Origin: a virus
Taxonomy: Duplodnaviria; Caudoviricetes
Virus record (IMG/VR): IMGVR_UViG_3300033067_000113
Coordinates: 1-64,000 of that record
DNA length: 64,000 nt
Reading direction: 5' to 3' (one strand)
Made by a program: the position numbers and the translations under genes. Below are positions 46,122 through 54,788 of this stretch, one piece after another (position 1 is the first letter of the stretch; each line of letters starts with the position of its first letter). The notes below the pieces were generated by a model. It was not told the DNA's origin and ran no database searches. It worked only from the letters and a program-made list of their open reading frames with translations.

Positions 46122-47195
46122 ATGAAGATATATGAAATAATCGCGGAAAGTAATCAGGTAGATGAAGGTGTTGCTAGTGCTTTAGGTAAAGGATTAGCAT
46201 GGGCTGGTGGTAAACTGGCTAGTTCTGACATTACTAAAAAAGCAGTTGCGGATCTTGCCGCTGAATATGCTAAACGAGCTATGGCTATTCAACGAGCTGG
46301 AAAAACTGTTCCTCCAGTTAGTGCAAAGTTTATTAAAAATAATGCGCCTAAAGATGCTAAACGATTATTATCTGATCCTAAGTATATTGCAATGATCCAA
46401 AAAGAAGGTGACAAGATTATGCGAAATGCTAACTTGTCTGCTGTAGCTGGTAAAGTTGGCTTGTCAAATCTTGTAAAGGGTTCTAAGTGGGATATTACTA
46501 AAGCAGTTGGCAGTAAGTTGGTAAAACTCTATTCAACTTGGCAAGTTATCGGCATGTTCAGAGACTATAACTCAAATGTTAATGCATGGGATGCAGAACT
46601 ACAGAAACAACTAGCCGCTGGCAAAATTACACAAGAGCAATATCAAGCACAGCTTGATCATATCCGTAAAACTGAAATGGGATTACTGGTTACTAAAGTA
46701 GGAGCTGGTCTACTTGGCAGTGCTATCGTTCGAGGCACAGTTGCACCAGTTGCAGGCTTGCTTAAACTAATTCCACTAACTGCGCCAATTGGATCTATTA
46801 TTTCTGGTCTAGGTGCCGCAGGCAGTGCGTATCTATACACTAAATTAAATTCTAAAGAAGGTAGCGAAGCAGTTGCTAGTGTTATGGTTGGTAATGCGTT
46901 AGGCGATGCTGCCACTTCTGCTATTGGTGGGACAGTAACTAACGCAATAGATTGGCTAACTGGTACTGCTAAAGAAGCCGCTGAAGTAGACAAACAACCA
47001 GCTCAAGGTGGCCAAGGCGCTAGTCAAACCCCAGTTAATGCGCCGGGACAACAACTAGCTAAACCTGCTGCTCAACCAGCGGCCGTTCCTACAGCACCGA
47101 CAATGCCGGGCAATAATATAACTGCTAGAGGAGATTTAGATACTCCGGCAGGCTACACTAGAGATGCCGCAGGTAATTTAATCTACGGAAATTAA
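46122..47195 (+). CDS. hypothetical late protein, Ala/Gly-rich with hydrophobic segment
   Basis: 357 aa; MKIYEII.E..VDE N-terminus, long hydrophobic stretch, Pro/Ala/Gln tail. Confidence 0.7.
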   Translation: MKIYEIIAESNQVDEGVASALGKGLAWAGGKLASSDITKKAVADLAAEYAKRAMAIQRAGKTVPPVSAKFIKNNAPKDAKRLLSDPKYIAMIQKEGDKIMRNANLSAVAGKVGLSNLVKGSKWDITKAVGSKLVKLYSTWQVIGMFRDYNSNVNAWDAELQKQLAAGKITQEQYQAQLDHIRKTEMGLLVTKVGAGLLGSAIVRGTVAPVAGLLKLIPLTAPIGSIISGLGAAGSAYLYTKLNSKEGSEAVASVMVGNALGDAATSAIGGTVTNAIDWLTGTAKEAAEVDKQPAQGGQGASQTPVNAPGQQLAKPAAQPAAVPTAPTMPGNNITARGDLDTPAGYTRDAAGNLIYGN

Positions 47196-47425
47196 AACCA
47201 CGGTAGTTGAGTTTCTTTAGTAGTTTCTAAGTTATCTTCAATTACCGCATACATTGCGTCACGGTCTTCGCTAGAATAAAAATGTAAGAGTTCCTGCATA
47301 GATACACCTCCACGCATAAACCAGCTAATTCTAGCTAGTTCTTTTTTAAAATCCTTAATTTGTTGATCTAGCCCAACTAGATACTCTTCAATTTCTTCGT
47401 TAGATAATTTAGTTAGGCGCTGGCG
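47192..47425 (-). CDS. start-less 77-codon ORF, predicted -1 frameshift extension of the gp26-like gene (gp51/GT-like)
   Basis: Open frame RQRLTKLSNEEIEEYLVGLDQQIKDFKKELARISWFMRGG...TQLPWF* begins right at T_TTT_TTC and fills an apparent gap; its TAA overlaps the TAA of the opposing gene. Confidence 0.7.
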   Translation of the reverse strand, partial: RQRLTKLSNEEIEEYLVGLDQQIKDFKKELARISWFMRGGVSMQELLHFYSSEDRDAMYAVIEDNLETTKETQLPWF

Positions 47426-48240
47426 AAAAAACTTGAGTTGTCCATCTCAATAGTGATACTAGATTGATGCCCGCACTCAGGACATTCAACTGGGTGTGTT
47501 GGACTTTCCCATTCGGCTCTTACCTTGGCTAAGTGTTCTTTGATAGCATCAAAGATAACCTTATCGCAGTTTTCCAACCACTCGTTAATATAAGTTCTTT
47601 CAGATACTACAGTATTACCTACTTCTACACTTTCAATACTTGTGGATAGTGCTTCGTTTTGAACTAGGGCAATGTCTTTGAATAAAGCATTCATAAGTTC
47701 TGCTCGTTCTTTGTCGTCTTCAATCTTGTCCGCTTGTCTAATGCGTTGTTGAAGCTGTGCGTTTTTAATTGAGAACTCAGTAATTTGTTTATAGGTTAAT
47801 GGTTGTAGTTTAACTACTAGATCTTTTAAAACAATCTTGTTGTCATACTTACAATTGGTATAGTGATCGATTAGTTTAGATAATTCTAATGTGTAGTCGT
47901 TAACTGTTTTGCAACCTGGGCACACATGTTCCACTTCCATAAGGTTACCAAATGTAGCAATACGGATAGCAGTGAGAATTAAGTCAACATCTAAGTTGCT
48001 AACATCCCATCCGTTTTTAATCACAGGGCAACAGCTTTCAATAACCTTAACTGTAGTCTCACCTGAGTACAACGCATCAGGTGTTTTGATCAGTATTTCA
48101 TCCATGCCGGTCATTCCGTACACAGGCATGTTCTCCACAGGCCCTTGTAGTGTACCTGGCTGGTTAAATGCACCTTTTGACGGTAAACTAATGTAGATCT
48201 TAGGTTGTCTAAAGAACTGTTGTAATGGGTTTTGTGACAT
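47413..48240 (-). CDS. baseplate hub / tail assembly chaperone, T4 gp26/gp51-like
   Basis: RQPKIYISLPS..MPVYGMTGMDE..DVDLILTAIRIATFG; two CxxC motifs (CPGC, CPEC); ends SSFFASA. Confidence 0.7.
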   Translation of the reverse strand: MSQNPLQQFFRQPKIYISLPSKGAFNQPGTLQGPVENMPVYGMTGMDEILIKTPDALYSGETTVKVIESCCPVIKNGWDVSNLDVDLILTAIRIATFGNLMEVEHVCPGCKTVNDYTLELSKLIDHYTNCKYDNKIVLKDLVVKLQPLTYKQITEFSIKNAQLQQRIRQADKIEDDKERAELMNALFKDIALVQNEALSTSIESVEVGNTVVSERTYINEWLENCDKVIFDAIKEHLAKVRAEWESPTHPVECPECGHQSSITIEMDNSSFFASA

Positions 48241-48253
48241 ATCGCACTCCGGA

Positions 48254-48275
48254 TAAATATATAATAGTATTTATA
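48254..48275. promoter_or_regulatory. crossed divergent late promoters
   Basis: TAAATA on + at 48254-48259 (towards 48301) and TATAAATA on - at 48275-48268 (towards 48240). Confidence 0.6.
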
Positions 48276-48300
48276 TACGCATTTTATTGGTGGAATTTAT

Positions 48301-50070
48301 ATGGCAGTTGAAAACGGCGCAGAGTTTATATCCTTCTTAGGAACGGCAGCAACCGGTCTGGGCAAACTTGCGACAGGTACTGCTGACCTTGGCACAGCTA
48401 TGGGAGTAGCTACTAGTTCGCTTAAACTAATTCCTGGCGTAGGCGATGGCTTGAGCAAGCTAGCAGGCGGAACTGCTGAGTATACCATGGCTGTTAATAA
48501 AGCTGCCAATGCTGGCTCTAATTACGGTACAGCAATGGCTAATAATGTTGGACAGTTGCAAGAATTGACTAAAAATTCTCGCATGACACTGGATGACTAC
48601 AACAGAATTTTAGCTCAGAACTCTGTTGGCATGAGCGGCATGGGTAAAAACATGGACGAGTCTGCCAAACGATTTTTACAGTTTGGTGCTATTTTACAAG
48701 AGTCTAATGTTGCAGAGAATTTAAAGAAAGCAGGTGTTAGCGAAAAAGATTTTAATGACTTACTGGCTATTTCTATGACTAATCGTAGAACATTAGACAT
48801 GAATGATTCAAAAGCTAAACAGGCTGCAATTGAAGGAACAATGCAACTAGCTCAACAGATGGACGAAATTGCTAGAGTCACTGGTAAGAGTGCAGAAGCC
48901 CAGCGCAAAGATTTAGCAACTAGTTTAGCAAGAGCTGATGTTCAAGCTGAATTGCTAGGCATGTCAGATGCACAGCGCACTGAATACATGAAAATGAAAG
49001 CAGCCGTTGGCCCGCTTGGCGAATCAATCGGTAGTCTTGCAGATGAAATCGCAACTGGCGGTGTTAGAACTAAAGAAGGTTCAGCTAAGTTTGCTGCCTT
49101 AGGTCCAGCAGGTGCTGATTTTGAAAAAGCAGTACTAGCAAGCAAAAATGCTGTGACGCAACGAGAGAAGGACGAAGCCGCTGCCGCAATGGAACGAGCT
49201 AAAGTTCGAATCACTGAATATCAAACAAGTAAAGAATTTAGAGACCAAGTTAAGTATGACACAACTGCTACTGGTGATGCAGCTCGTAAGCAGTTCCAAG
49301 AAAACGCAACTATTAACTCTCAACTTGCCGCAATTAGAAATGACGGTATTAAGACTGAGAAAGAATTAATTGACGCAAAGAAAGACGCTGCTAAGAAAAG
49401 CGTAGAAGGTAAAGATCCAACTACTGGAAAAGTAGATCCAGGTAGTGTAGTAGGGCAAGGATTAAACAAAGCAGAAATGGCCATGCAAGCGACTGTAGCG
49501 GCTGTTGGCGGGCAAATTAAAAAGCTCGGTGATGAAGCTGGTGCAGCCGCAGCCAATGTAGGATTGCTTGCTAAAATTCCAACTACTAGAGCACAGGTTG
49601 AAAAAACTGGTGGCGATCTTATTAACAAAGTGACTGGTGCTAAAACAACTCCGCCGTCTACTGTAGGTTACACTCCGGGCGCACAGCCGGTAAGTAGAGC
49701 AGAAGGCTCATTAGGATCAGTTGGTAAGCTAATTGAAGATTTTGGTAAAGGTACTCCGGCAGTGTTGCACGGTAAAGAAGGTGTTGTTACTGAGAATCAA
49801 TTAAACGGTATTATTGCTCAAATTAAATCAGCGGCACAAGCAGAAGCTAGCAAAGTATCAGAAAGCGCTGCATCCAAAGTATCGACGACATCTACAGCAG
49901 AACCAGCTGTAGCAAGCAATAATTCATCCATGACTGAACTAGCGACCCAGCTAAGTCAGTTAAATAAGATGATGGGACAATTAGTATTTTATTCTGAACA
50001 AACAGCCGAGAATACAGGCTCACAGATTAAAGCTACTAAAGGTTTGTCTGGTAATAGATTGGCCTTCTAA
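48301..50070 (+). CDS. tape-measure-like protein
   Basis: 589 aa, Ala/Gly/Lys-rich and helical; C-terminal FGKGTPAVLHGKEGVV motif; sits next to the chaperone gene. Confidence 0.6.
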   Translation: MAVENGAEFISFLGTAATGLGKLATGTADLGTAMGVATSSLKLIPGVGDGLSKLAGGTAEYTMAVNKAANAGSNYGTAMANNVGQLQELTKNSRMTLDDYNRILAQNSVGMSGMGKNMDESAKRFLQFGAILQESNVAENLKKAGVSEKDFNDLLAISMTNRRTLDMNDSKAKQAAIEGTMQLAQQMDEIARVTGKSAEAQRKDLATSLARADVQAELLGMSDAQRTEYMKMKAAVGPLGESIGSLADEIATGGVRTKEGSAKFAALGPAGADFEKAVLASKNAVTQREKDEAAAAMERAKVRITEYQTSKEFRDQVKYDTTATGDAARKQFQENATINSQLAAIRNDGIKTEKELIDAKKDAAKKSVEGKDPTTGKVDPGSVVGQGLNKAEMAMQATVAAVGGQIKKLGDEAGAAAANVGLLAKIPTTRAQVEKTGGDLINKVTGAKTTPPSTVGYTPGAQPVSRAEGSLGSVGKLIEDFGKGTPAVLHGKEGVVTENQLNGIIAQIKSAAQAEASKVSESAASKVSTTSTAEPAVASNNSSMTELATQLSQLNKMMGQLVFYSEQTAENTGSQIKATKGLSGNRLAF

Positions 50071-50090
50071 ATCAAGGATTAACAAACAAC

Positions 50091-51821
50091 ATGAGTTGGA
50101 AAAAGTATTTTACCCCAGTACCTGTGAATAATTCACCAAGTCTACTGCCCGGCGCAAACACGGGAGCAAGACCAGGTCCTGCCCAGACAAACTATTCAAG
50201 TTACCTACCTGACATTTATACAGGTAGCCCAAACAGAATTGACAGATATCAGCAGTATGAAGTTATGGACAGCGATCCAGAAGTTAATGCAGCCTTGGAT
50301 ATTTTAGCAGAGTTCTGCACACAAAAAGAAAAGAGTGGCAAAAGTCCATTTACAGTACAATGGCGCAGTAAGGCAACTAACAGCGAAATTCGTATTCTAG
50401 GCGAATACTTGCAACAATGGTCACGCTTGCAAAAGTTTGACACACGCATCTTCCGCATCATGCGAAATGTATTCAAGTACGGTGATGCTTTCTTTATTCG
50501 TGATCCAGAAACACAAAAGTGGTCTTATGTAGACCCAAGTAAAGTAGTTAAGATTATTGTTAACGAAAGTGACGGCAAGAAGCCAGAGCAATTTATCGTT
50601 AAAGATCTAGCACCTAACTTTGAAAACTTAGTTGCTACACAAATTACAGCCAACATTAATCCTAGAAACAACGGTGGTGGAACAATTCCAACTAGCGGCG
50701 CATTAGGTGCTAGCGGGGTACAGAAGACAGGTGGTAGTGGTTTCTCTAACACATCAACTGGTTCACGCTTTGGTATGAGTGAACAAGAACATGCAATCAA
50801 TGCAGAGCATGTTGTACACTTATCACTATCAGAAGGGTTAGATAACAACTTCCCATTTGGTAACAGCTTGTTAGAAAACATTTTTAAAGTATACAAGCAA
50901 AAAGAATTGCTAGAAGATGCGATTCTAATTTATCGTATACAGCGAGCTCCTGAACGCAGAGTATTCCATATTGACGTCGGTAACATGCCAAGCCACATGG
51001 CTATGGCATTCGTTGAAAGAGTTAAAAACGAAATTCATCAACGCCGTATTCCAAGCCAAACTGGCGGCGGACAGAACGTCATTGACTCAGCATACAATCC
51101 TTTGTCAATTAACGAAGACTACTTCTTCCCAACAACAGCAGAAGGTCGTGGGTCTAAAGTTGAAACATTGCCAGGTGGTACTAACCTAGGCGAAATTGAT
51201 GACTTGAAATACTTTACAAACAAGCTATTCCGTGGCTTGCGTATTCCATCAAGCTACTTGCCAACTGGCGCAGATGACTCACAAGCATCGTTTAACGACG
51301 GTCGTGTAGGTACTGCGTACATCCAAGAATTACGATTTAACAAGTATTGCGAGCGTTTACAAAGTCTTATCACATCAGTATTTGACGAAGAATTTAAGAT
51401 GTTTATGTACTCAAAAGGCGTAAACATTGATGCAAACTTATTTGAATTGAAGTTTAATCCTCCTTTAAACTTTGCAAGTGCAAGACAAAGTGGCTTAGAC
51501 AGCGAGCGTATTAATACATTTAATACTATTCAAGCTGTCCCATATATGTCTAAACGATTTGCATTGAAGCGTTTCCTAGGCTTGTCAGACGATGAAGTTG
51601 CAGAAAACGAACGCATGTGGGGTGAAGAACAAGGTGAAGGCCAACCTACTAATACAGATGCCGCCGGTGAATTGAGATCTGCAGGACTAAGCGCCGCAGG
51701 TATTGAAGGCGACTTAGGTATGGCAGGTGACTTGTCTGCACCAGAAGATATGGGCGATGAAGAAGGTGTTGCACCAGTTGCTCCATCAGGTGGCGCACCA
51801 GCCGCTCCTCCAGCAGCCTAA
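50091..51821 (+). CDS. portal protein, T4 gp20-like
   Basis: MDSDPEVNAALD, LLEDAILIYRIQRAPERRVFHIDVGNMP, EDYFFP..EGRGSKVETLPGG.NLGEIDDLKYF. Confidence 0.93.
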   Translation: MSWKKYFTPVPVNNSPSLLPGANTGARPGPAQTNYSSYLPDIYTGSPNRIDRYQQYEVMDSDPEVNAALDILAEFCTQKEKSGKSPFTVQWRSKATNSEIRILGEYLQQWSRLQKFDTRIFRIMRNVFKYGDAFFIRDPETQKWSYVDPSKVVKIIVNESDGKKPEQFIVKDLAPNFENLVATQITANINPRNNGGGTIPTSGALGASGVQKTGGSGFSNTSTGSRFGMSEQEHAINAEHVVHLSLSEGLDNNFPFGNSLLENIFKVYKQKELLEDAILIYRIQRAPERRVFHIDVGNMPSHMAMAFVERVKNEIHQRRIPSQTGGGQNVIDSAYNPLSINEDYFFPTTAEGRGSKVETLPGGTNLGEIDDLKYFTNKLFRGLRIPSSYLPTGADDSQASFNDGRVGTAYIQELRFNKYCERLQSLITSVFDEEFKMFMYSKGVNIDANLFELKFNPPLNFASARQSGLDSERINTFNTIQAVPYMSKRFALKRFLGLSDDEVAENERMWGEEQGEGQPTNTDAAGELRSAGLSAAGIEGDLGMAGDLSAPEDMGDEEGVAPVAPSGGAPAAPPAA

Positions 51822-51823
51822 GC

Positions 51824-51829
51824 TAAATA
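51824..51829 (+). promoter_or_regulatory. putative late promoter TAAATA
   Basis: Directly after the portal stop, only 4 nt before the next ATG. Confidence 0.5.
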
Positions 51830-51833
51830 CATC

Positions 51834-52073
51834 ATGATCCTAAGAGAATTGTTTTATATAGACCCAGATACAAGAGCGCAGGCTAACGACATGCGCTATT
51901 CTGCTGGCCATGATTCGTCTATAATGAAAAGATCAGATACAAGAAAGACTAGATTAACACTAGGACAAATTAATGAATTAAGAAAAGCAAGTGAAGCACA
52001 CATATTAGATCAAGAAAGTGAATTAGCTTTTATTACTAAGATGTATGCAACCCCAGCGGCACCTGCGGCATAA
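51834..52073 (+). CDS. small hypothetical head-region protein
   Basis: 79 aa between portal and prohead core genes; TRKTRLTLGQIN.LRK. Confidence 0.65.
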   Translation: MILRELFYIDPDTRAQANDMRYSAGHDSSIMKRSDTRKTRLTLGQINELRKASEAHILDQESELAFITKMYATPAAPAA

Positions 52074-52139
52074 ATATTCCATTAAATCACAAAACGAGGC
52101 GTTTTTGTGGTATTATCATACACTTTTTAAACTCTAGTG

Positions 52140-52145
52140 TAAATA
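52140..52145 (+). promoter_or_regulatory. putative late promoter TAAATA (second copy at 52071-52076)
   Basis: Upstream of the AGGAG RBS and the ATG at 52181. Confidence 0.55.
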
Positions 52146-52180
52146 TTACACAGCCTTGTAATCAATCATAGGAGAAAAAC

Positions 52181-53014
52181 ATGACTGACCGTACACAATT
52201 TGAAGCCATGCTTGAGGCATTGATCAATGAAGATCAAGAAACAGCAAAAGAGATTTTCCATAATATCGTAGTTGCAAAAAGCCGCGAAATTTATGAAGAG
52301 TTATTAGAATCTGATTTTAGTATTTCTGAAGAGGAAGAAGAAGAAGATATGGAAGAAGCCTTTGGTGAAGAAGAAGGCGGAGAAGAAGAAGCACCTGCTG
52401 ATGACGAAGGTTCAGAAGAAGGCGAAGGCGGCGAAGATGAATTCGGCGGCGACGACATGGGTGGCGAAGAAGAAGGTGAAGACCTAAGTGATGACGAGCA
52501 GACAGATCGTATTTTAGATCTAGAAGACGCATTAGAAGAACTAAAAGCAGAATTTGAACAATTAATGGCTGGTGAAGAATCTGAGCCAGAACACGCAGAT
52601 ATGTTTGGTGGCGACGAAATGGGCGCTGGCGACATGGGTGGCGATCTAGAGTCTGAATTAGACGAACTAGGCCAACCAGTATTTGAATATGTAAACAAAG
52701 TATCATTACCTAAGCATGGTGACAACGGTGTAAACGCTAAGTCAATCGTAGCTAAGAAGAACGACATGGGCGGTACAACTGCTAATATCGTTAAAGGTGG
52801 TACAAGTGAAACAGGTGGCACAAAAGGTGGTTTACTAAACCCAGCTACTAAAGAAGACAACGCAGGCAACATCAACAAGCCAGGCGCAAATGCAGGTAAG
52901 ACAGCTTTTAAGAAGCGTGAACCAGGTCATGGCGCTGAGAAGAAAGGTGCTGCACCACAAGAAGACAAGAGCGCAGGTAGCCCATTAAACGGCGCACCAG
53001 GCCGCGCTAAGTAA
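52181..53014 (+). CDS. acidic prohead core/scaffold-like protein
   Basis: Very Glu/Asp/Gly-rich centre and Lys/Gly-rich C-terminus; lies between portal and protease, as T4 prohead core genes do. Confidence 0.6.
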   Translation: MTDRTQFEAMLEALINEDQETAKEIFHNIVVAKSREIYEELLESDFSISEEEEEEDMEEAFGEEEGGEEEAPADDEGSEEGEGGEDEFGGDDMGGEEEGEDLSDDEQTDRILDLEDALEELKAEFEQLMAGEESEPEHADMFGGDEMGAGDMGGDLESELDELGQPVFEYVNKVSLPKHGDNGVNAKSIVAKKNDMGGTTANIVKGGTSETGGTKGGLLNPATKEDNAGNINKPGANAGKTAFKKREPGHGAEKKGAAPQEDKSAGSPLNGAPGRAK

Positions 53015-53035
53015 TAAGAAGAGTACATAGATAAT

Positions 53036-53665
53036 ATGTCACTATACCTCCGAGAGAATCTCAGTTTCAACGAAGCAAAAATGGTCGTTGAGTCTGATGA
53101 CAAAGAAGGAAAAAACTTATACATGTCCGGGATTTGTATCCAGGGCGGTATTCGTAACGCTAACCAGCGTGTTTATCCTGTTAATGAGATTGGCAAGGCT
53201 GTTAAGACCCTTAACGATCAGATTCAAAATGGCTATTCAGTTCTCGGAGAAGTAGATCATCCAGATGATCTAAAAATTAACCTGGACCGTGTTTCCCATA
53301 TGATCGTTAATATGTGGATGGACGGCCCTAACGGTTACGGTAAACTGAAAATTTTACCAACCCCTATGGGACAACTAATTCGCACAATGCTGGAAAGCGG
53401 CGTGAAGTTAGGCGTGTCAAGTCGCGGATCCGGGAACGTCAAAGATGACGGTTCCGGTGAAGTGTCAGATTTTGAGATTATCACAGTAGATATGGTAGCT
53501 CAACCTAGTGCTCCGGGAGCATATCCAACACCAATTTATGAACACCTGATGAATAATCGTGGTGGTTATAATGCCTTGCGTATAGCGCAAGAGGTGAAGG
53601 GTGACCCGAAGGCACAGAAATATCTCAAAGAGAGCCTATTAGGAATAATTGGCAAACTCCAATAA
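53036..53665 (+). CDS. prohead maturation protease, T4 gp21-like
   Basis: GICIQ..RNANQRVYP, LGEVDHP, VSH, LGVSSRGSG, ITVDMVAQPSAPGAY. Confidence 0.93.
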   Translation: MSLYLRENLSFNEAKMVVESDDKEGKNLYMSGICIQGGIRNANQRVYPVNEIGKAVKTLNDQIQNGYSVLGEVDHPDDLKINLDRVSHMIVNMWMDGPNGYGKLKILPTPMGQLIRTMLESGVKLGVSSRGSGNVKDDGSGEVSDFEIITVDMVAQPSAPGAYPTPIYEHLMNNRGGYNALRIAQEVKGDPKAQKYLKESLLGIIGKLQ

Positions 53666-53678
53666 CAAGGAGAATCAC

Positions 53679-54776
53679 ATGTTGGATGCACTAAAAACTT
53701 TATTCGAGAACAATGTGATTTCTGAAGAGATCCAAGAGTCTATTGAGAAAGCATGGGAATCTCGTGTAAACGAGAACCGTGAACAAGTTTCTCAACAACT
53801 CCGCGAAGAGTTCGCACAAAGATACGAGCACGATAAGAACGCAATGATTGAAGCTGTTGACAATATGTTATCAGAACAATTAGCTAGCGAACTTGTTGAA
53901 TTTGCAGAAGATCGTAAGCAATTAGCTGAAATGAAGGTTAAGTATGCACAGAAGATGAAACAAGATTCTGGCATGTTGAAGGAATTTGTTCTTTCACAAC
54001 TTAAATCTGAAGTTGCAGAATTGCATGAAGATCAAATGGCAATGGCTAGTAAGTTTGGCACATTAGAACACTTCGTAGTGGAAGCTCTAGCTCAAGAAAT
54101 TACAGAGTTTTATAAAGATAAACAGGACTTGGCCGAAACCAAGGTTCGTTTGGTTCGCGAAGGTCGCGAACAACTCAAGCAAGTTAAACAACAGTTTGTT
54201 GAGCGTGCCGCAAAGATGGTTGATCAAGTAGTAAGTGAAAACTTACACACTGAAATCACTTCACTAAAAGAAGACATCGAAGCAGCTCGTCGCGCAGACT
54301 TTGGTCGCAAGTTATTCGAGGCTTTTGCCGCAGAATACAGCACAAGCTACTTGAATGAAAAATCAGAAACTGCAAAATTACTCAAAGTCATAGACATGAA
54401 AGATTTGGCTATTCAGGAAGCTGCTCAAGCAGTTGTCCAGGCTGAACAAATACTAGAAAGTAAACAAGCAGAAGTCCAGGCTTTGAAAGAAGCACAGGAA
54501 AGAACAAAGATCATGAGTGAACTACTAGCTCCGTTAAACGCAGAGCAACGCAGTATCATGGGTGAATTGATGGAGAGCGTAAAGACTACTAAACTTAACG
54601 AAAGTTTTGAGAAGTATCTTCCAGCAGTAGTTGCTGGTAAAGCGCCGCAGAAGAAACAGGCACTTGTAGAGGCAAAAGAAATTACAGGAAATAAGGAAAT
54701 TTCCAACAGCGTTCGTAGCAGCGAGGAACAGTCAAACATCGTTGACATCCGTCGCCTCGCTGGACTAAAAATTTAA
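53679..54776 (+). CDS. prohead scaffolding protein, T4 gp22-like (ATG at 53679 preferred over TTG at 53649)
   Basis: Long acidic coiled coil between protease and capsid genes; AAGGAG RBS just before 53679. Confidence 0.8.
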   Translation: MLDALKTLFENNVISEEIQESIEKAWESRVNENREQVSQQLREEFAQRYEHDKNAMIEAVDNMLSEQLASELVEFAEDRKQLAEMKVKYAQKMKQDSGMLKEFVLSQLKSEVAELHEDQMAMASKFGTLEHFVVEALAQEITEFYKDKQDLAETKVRLVREGREQLKQVKQQFVERAAKMVDQVVSENLHTEITSLKEDIEAARRADFGRKLFEAFAAEYSTSYLNEKSETAKLLKVIDMKDLAIQEAAQAVVQAEQILESKQAEVQALKEAQERTKIMSELLAPLNAEQRSIMGELMESVKTTKLNESFEKYLPAVVAGKAPQKKQALVEAKEITGNKEISNSVRSSEEQSNIVDIRRLAGLKI

Positions 54777-54788
54777 GGAGAAATTTAA

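Noticed and set aside
47192-47317. Independent 41-aa gene starting at the internal ATG (MRGGVSMQELL...)
   Set aside because: No RBS precedes it, and the coding-like frame continues 36 codons upstream to the slippery heptamer, so the frameshift explanation is preferred, though not proven.
52291-52878. 195-aa Ser-rich antisense ORF and overlapping 52317..52706 ORF
   Set aside because: These are shadows of the low-complexity GAA-rich acidic gene on the + strand and have no RBS or independent motif.
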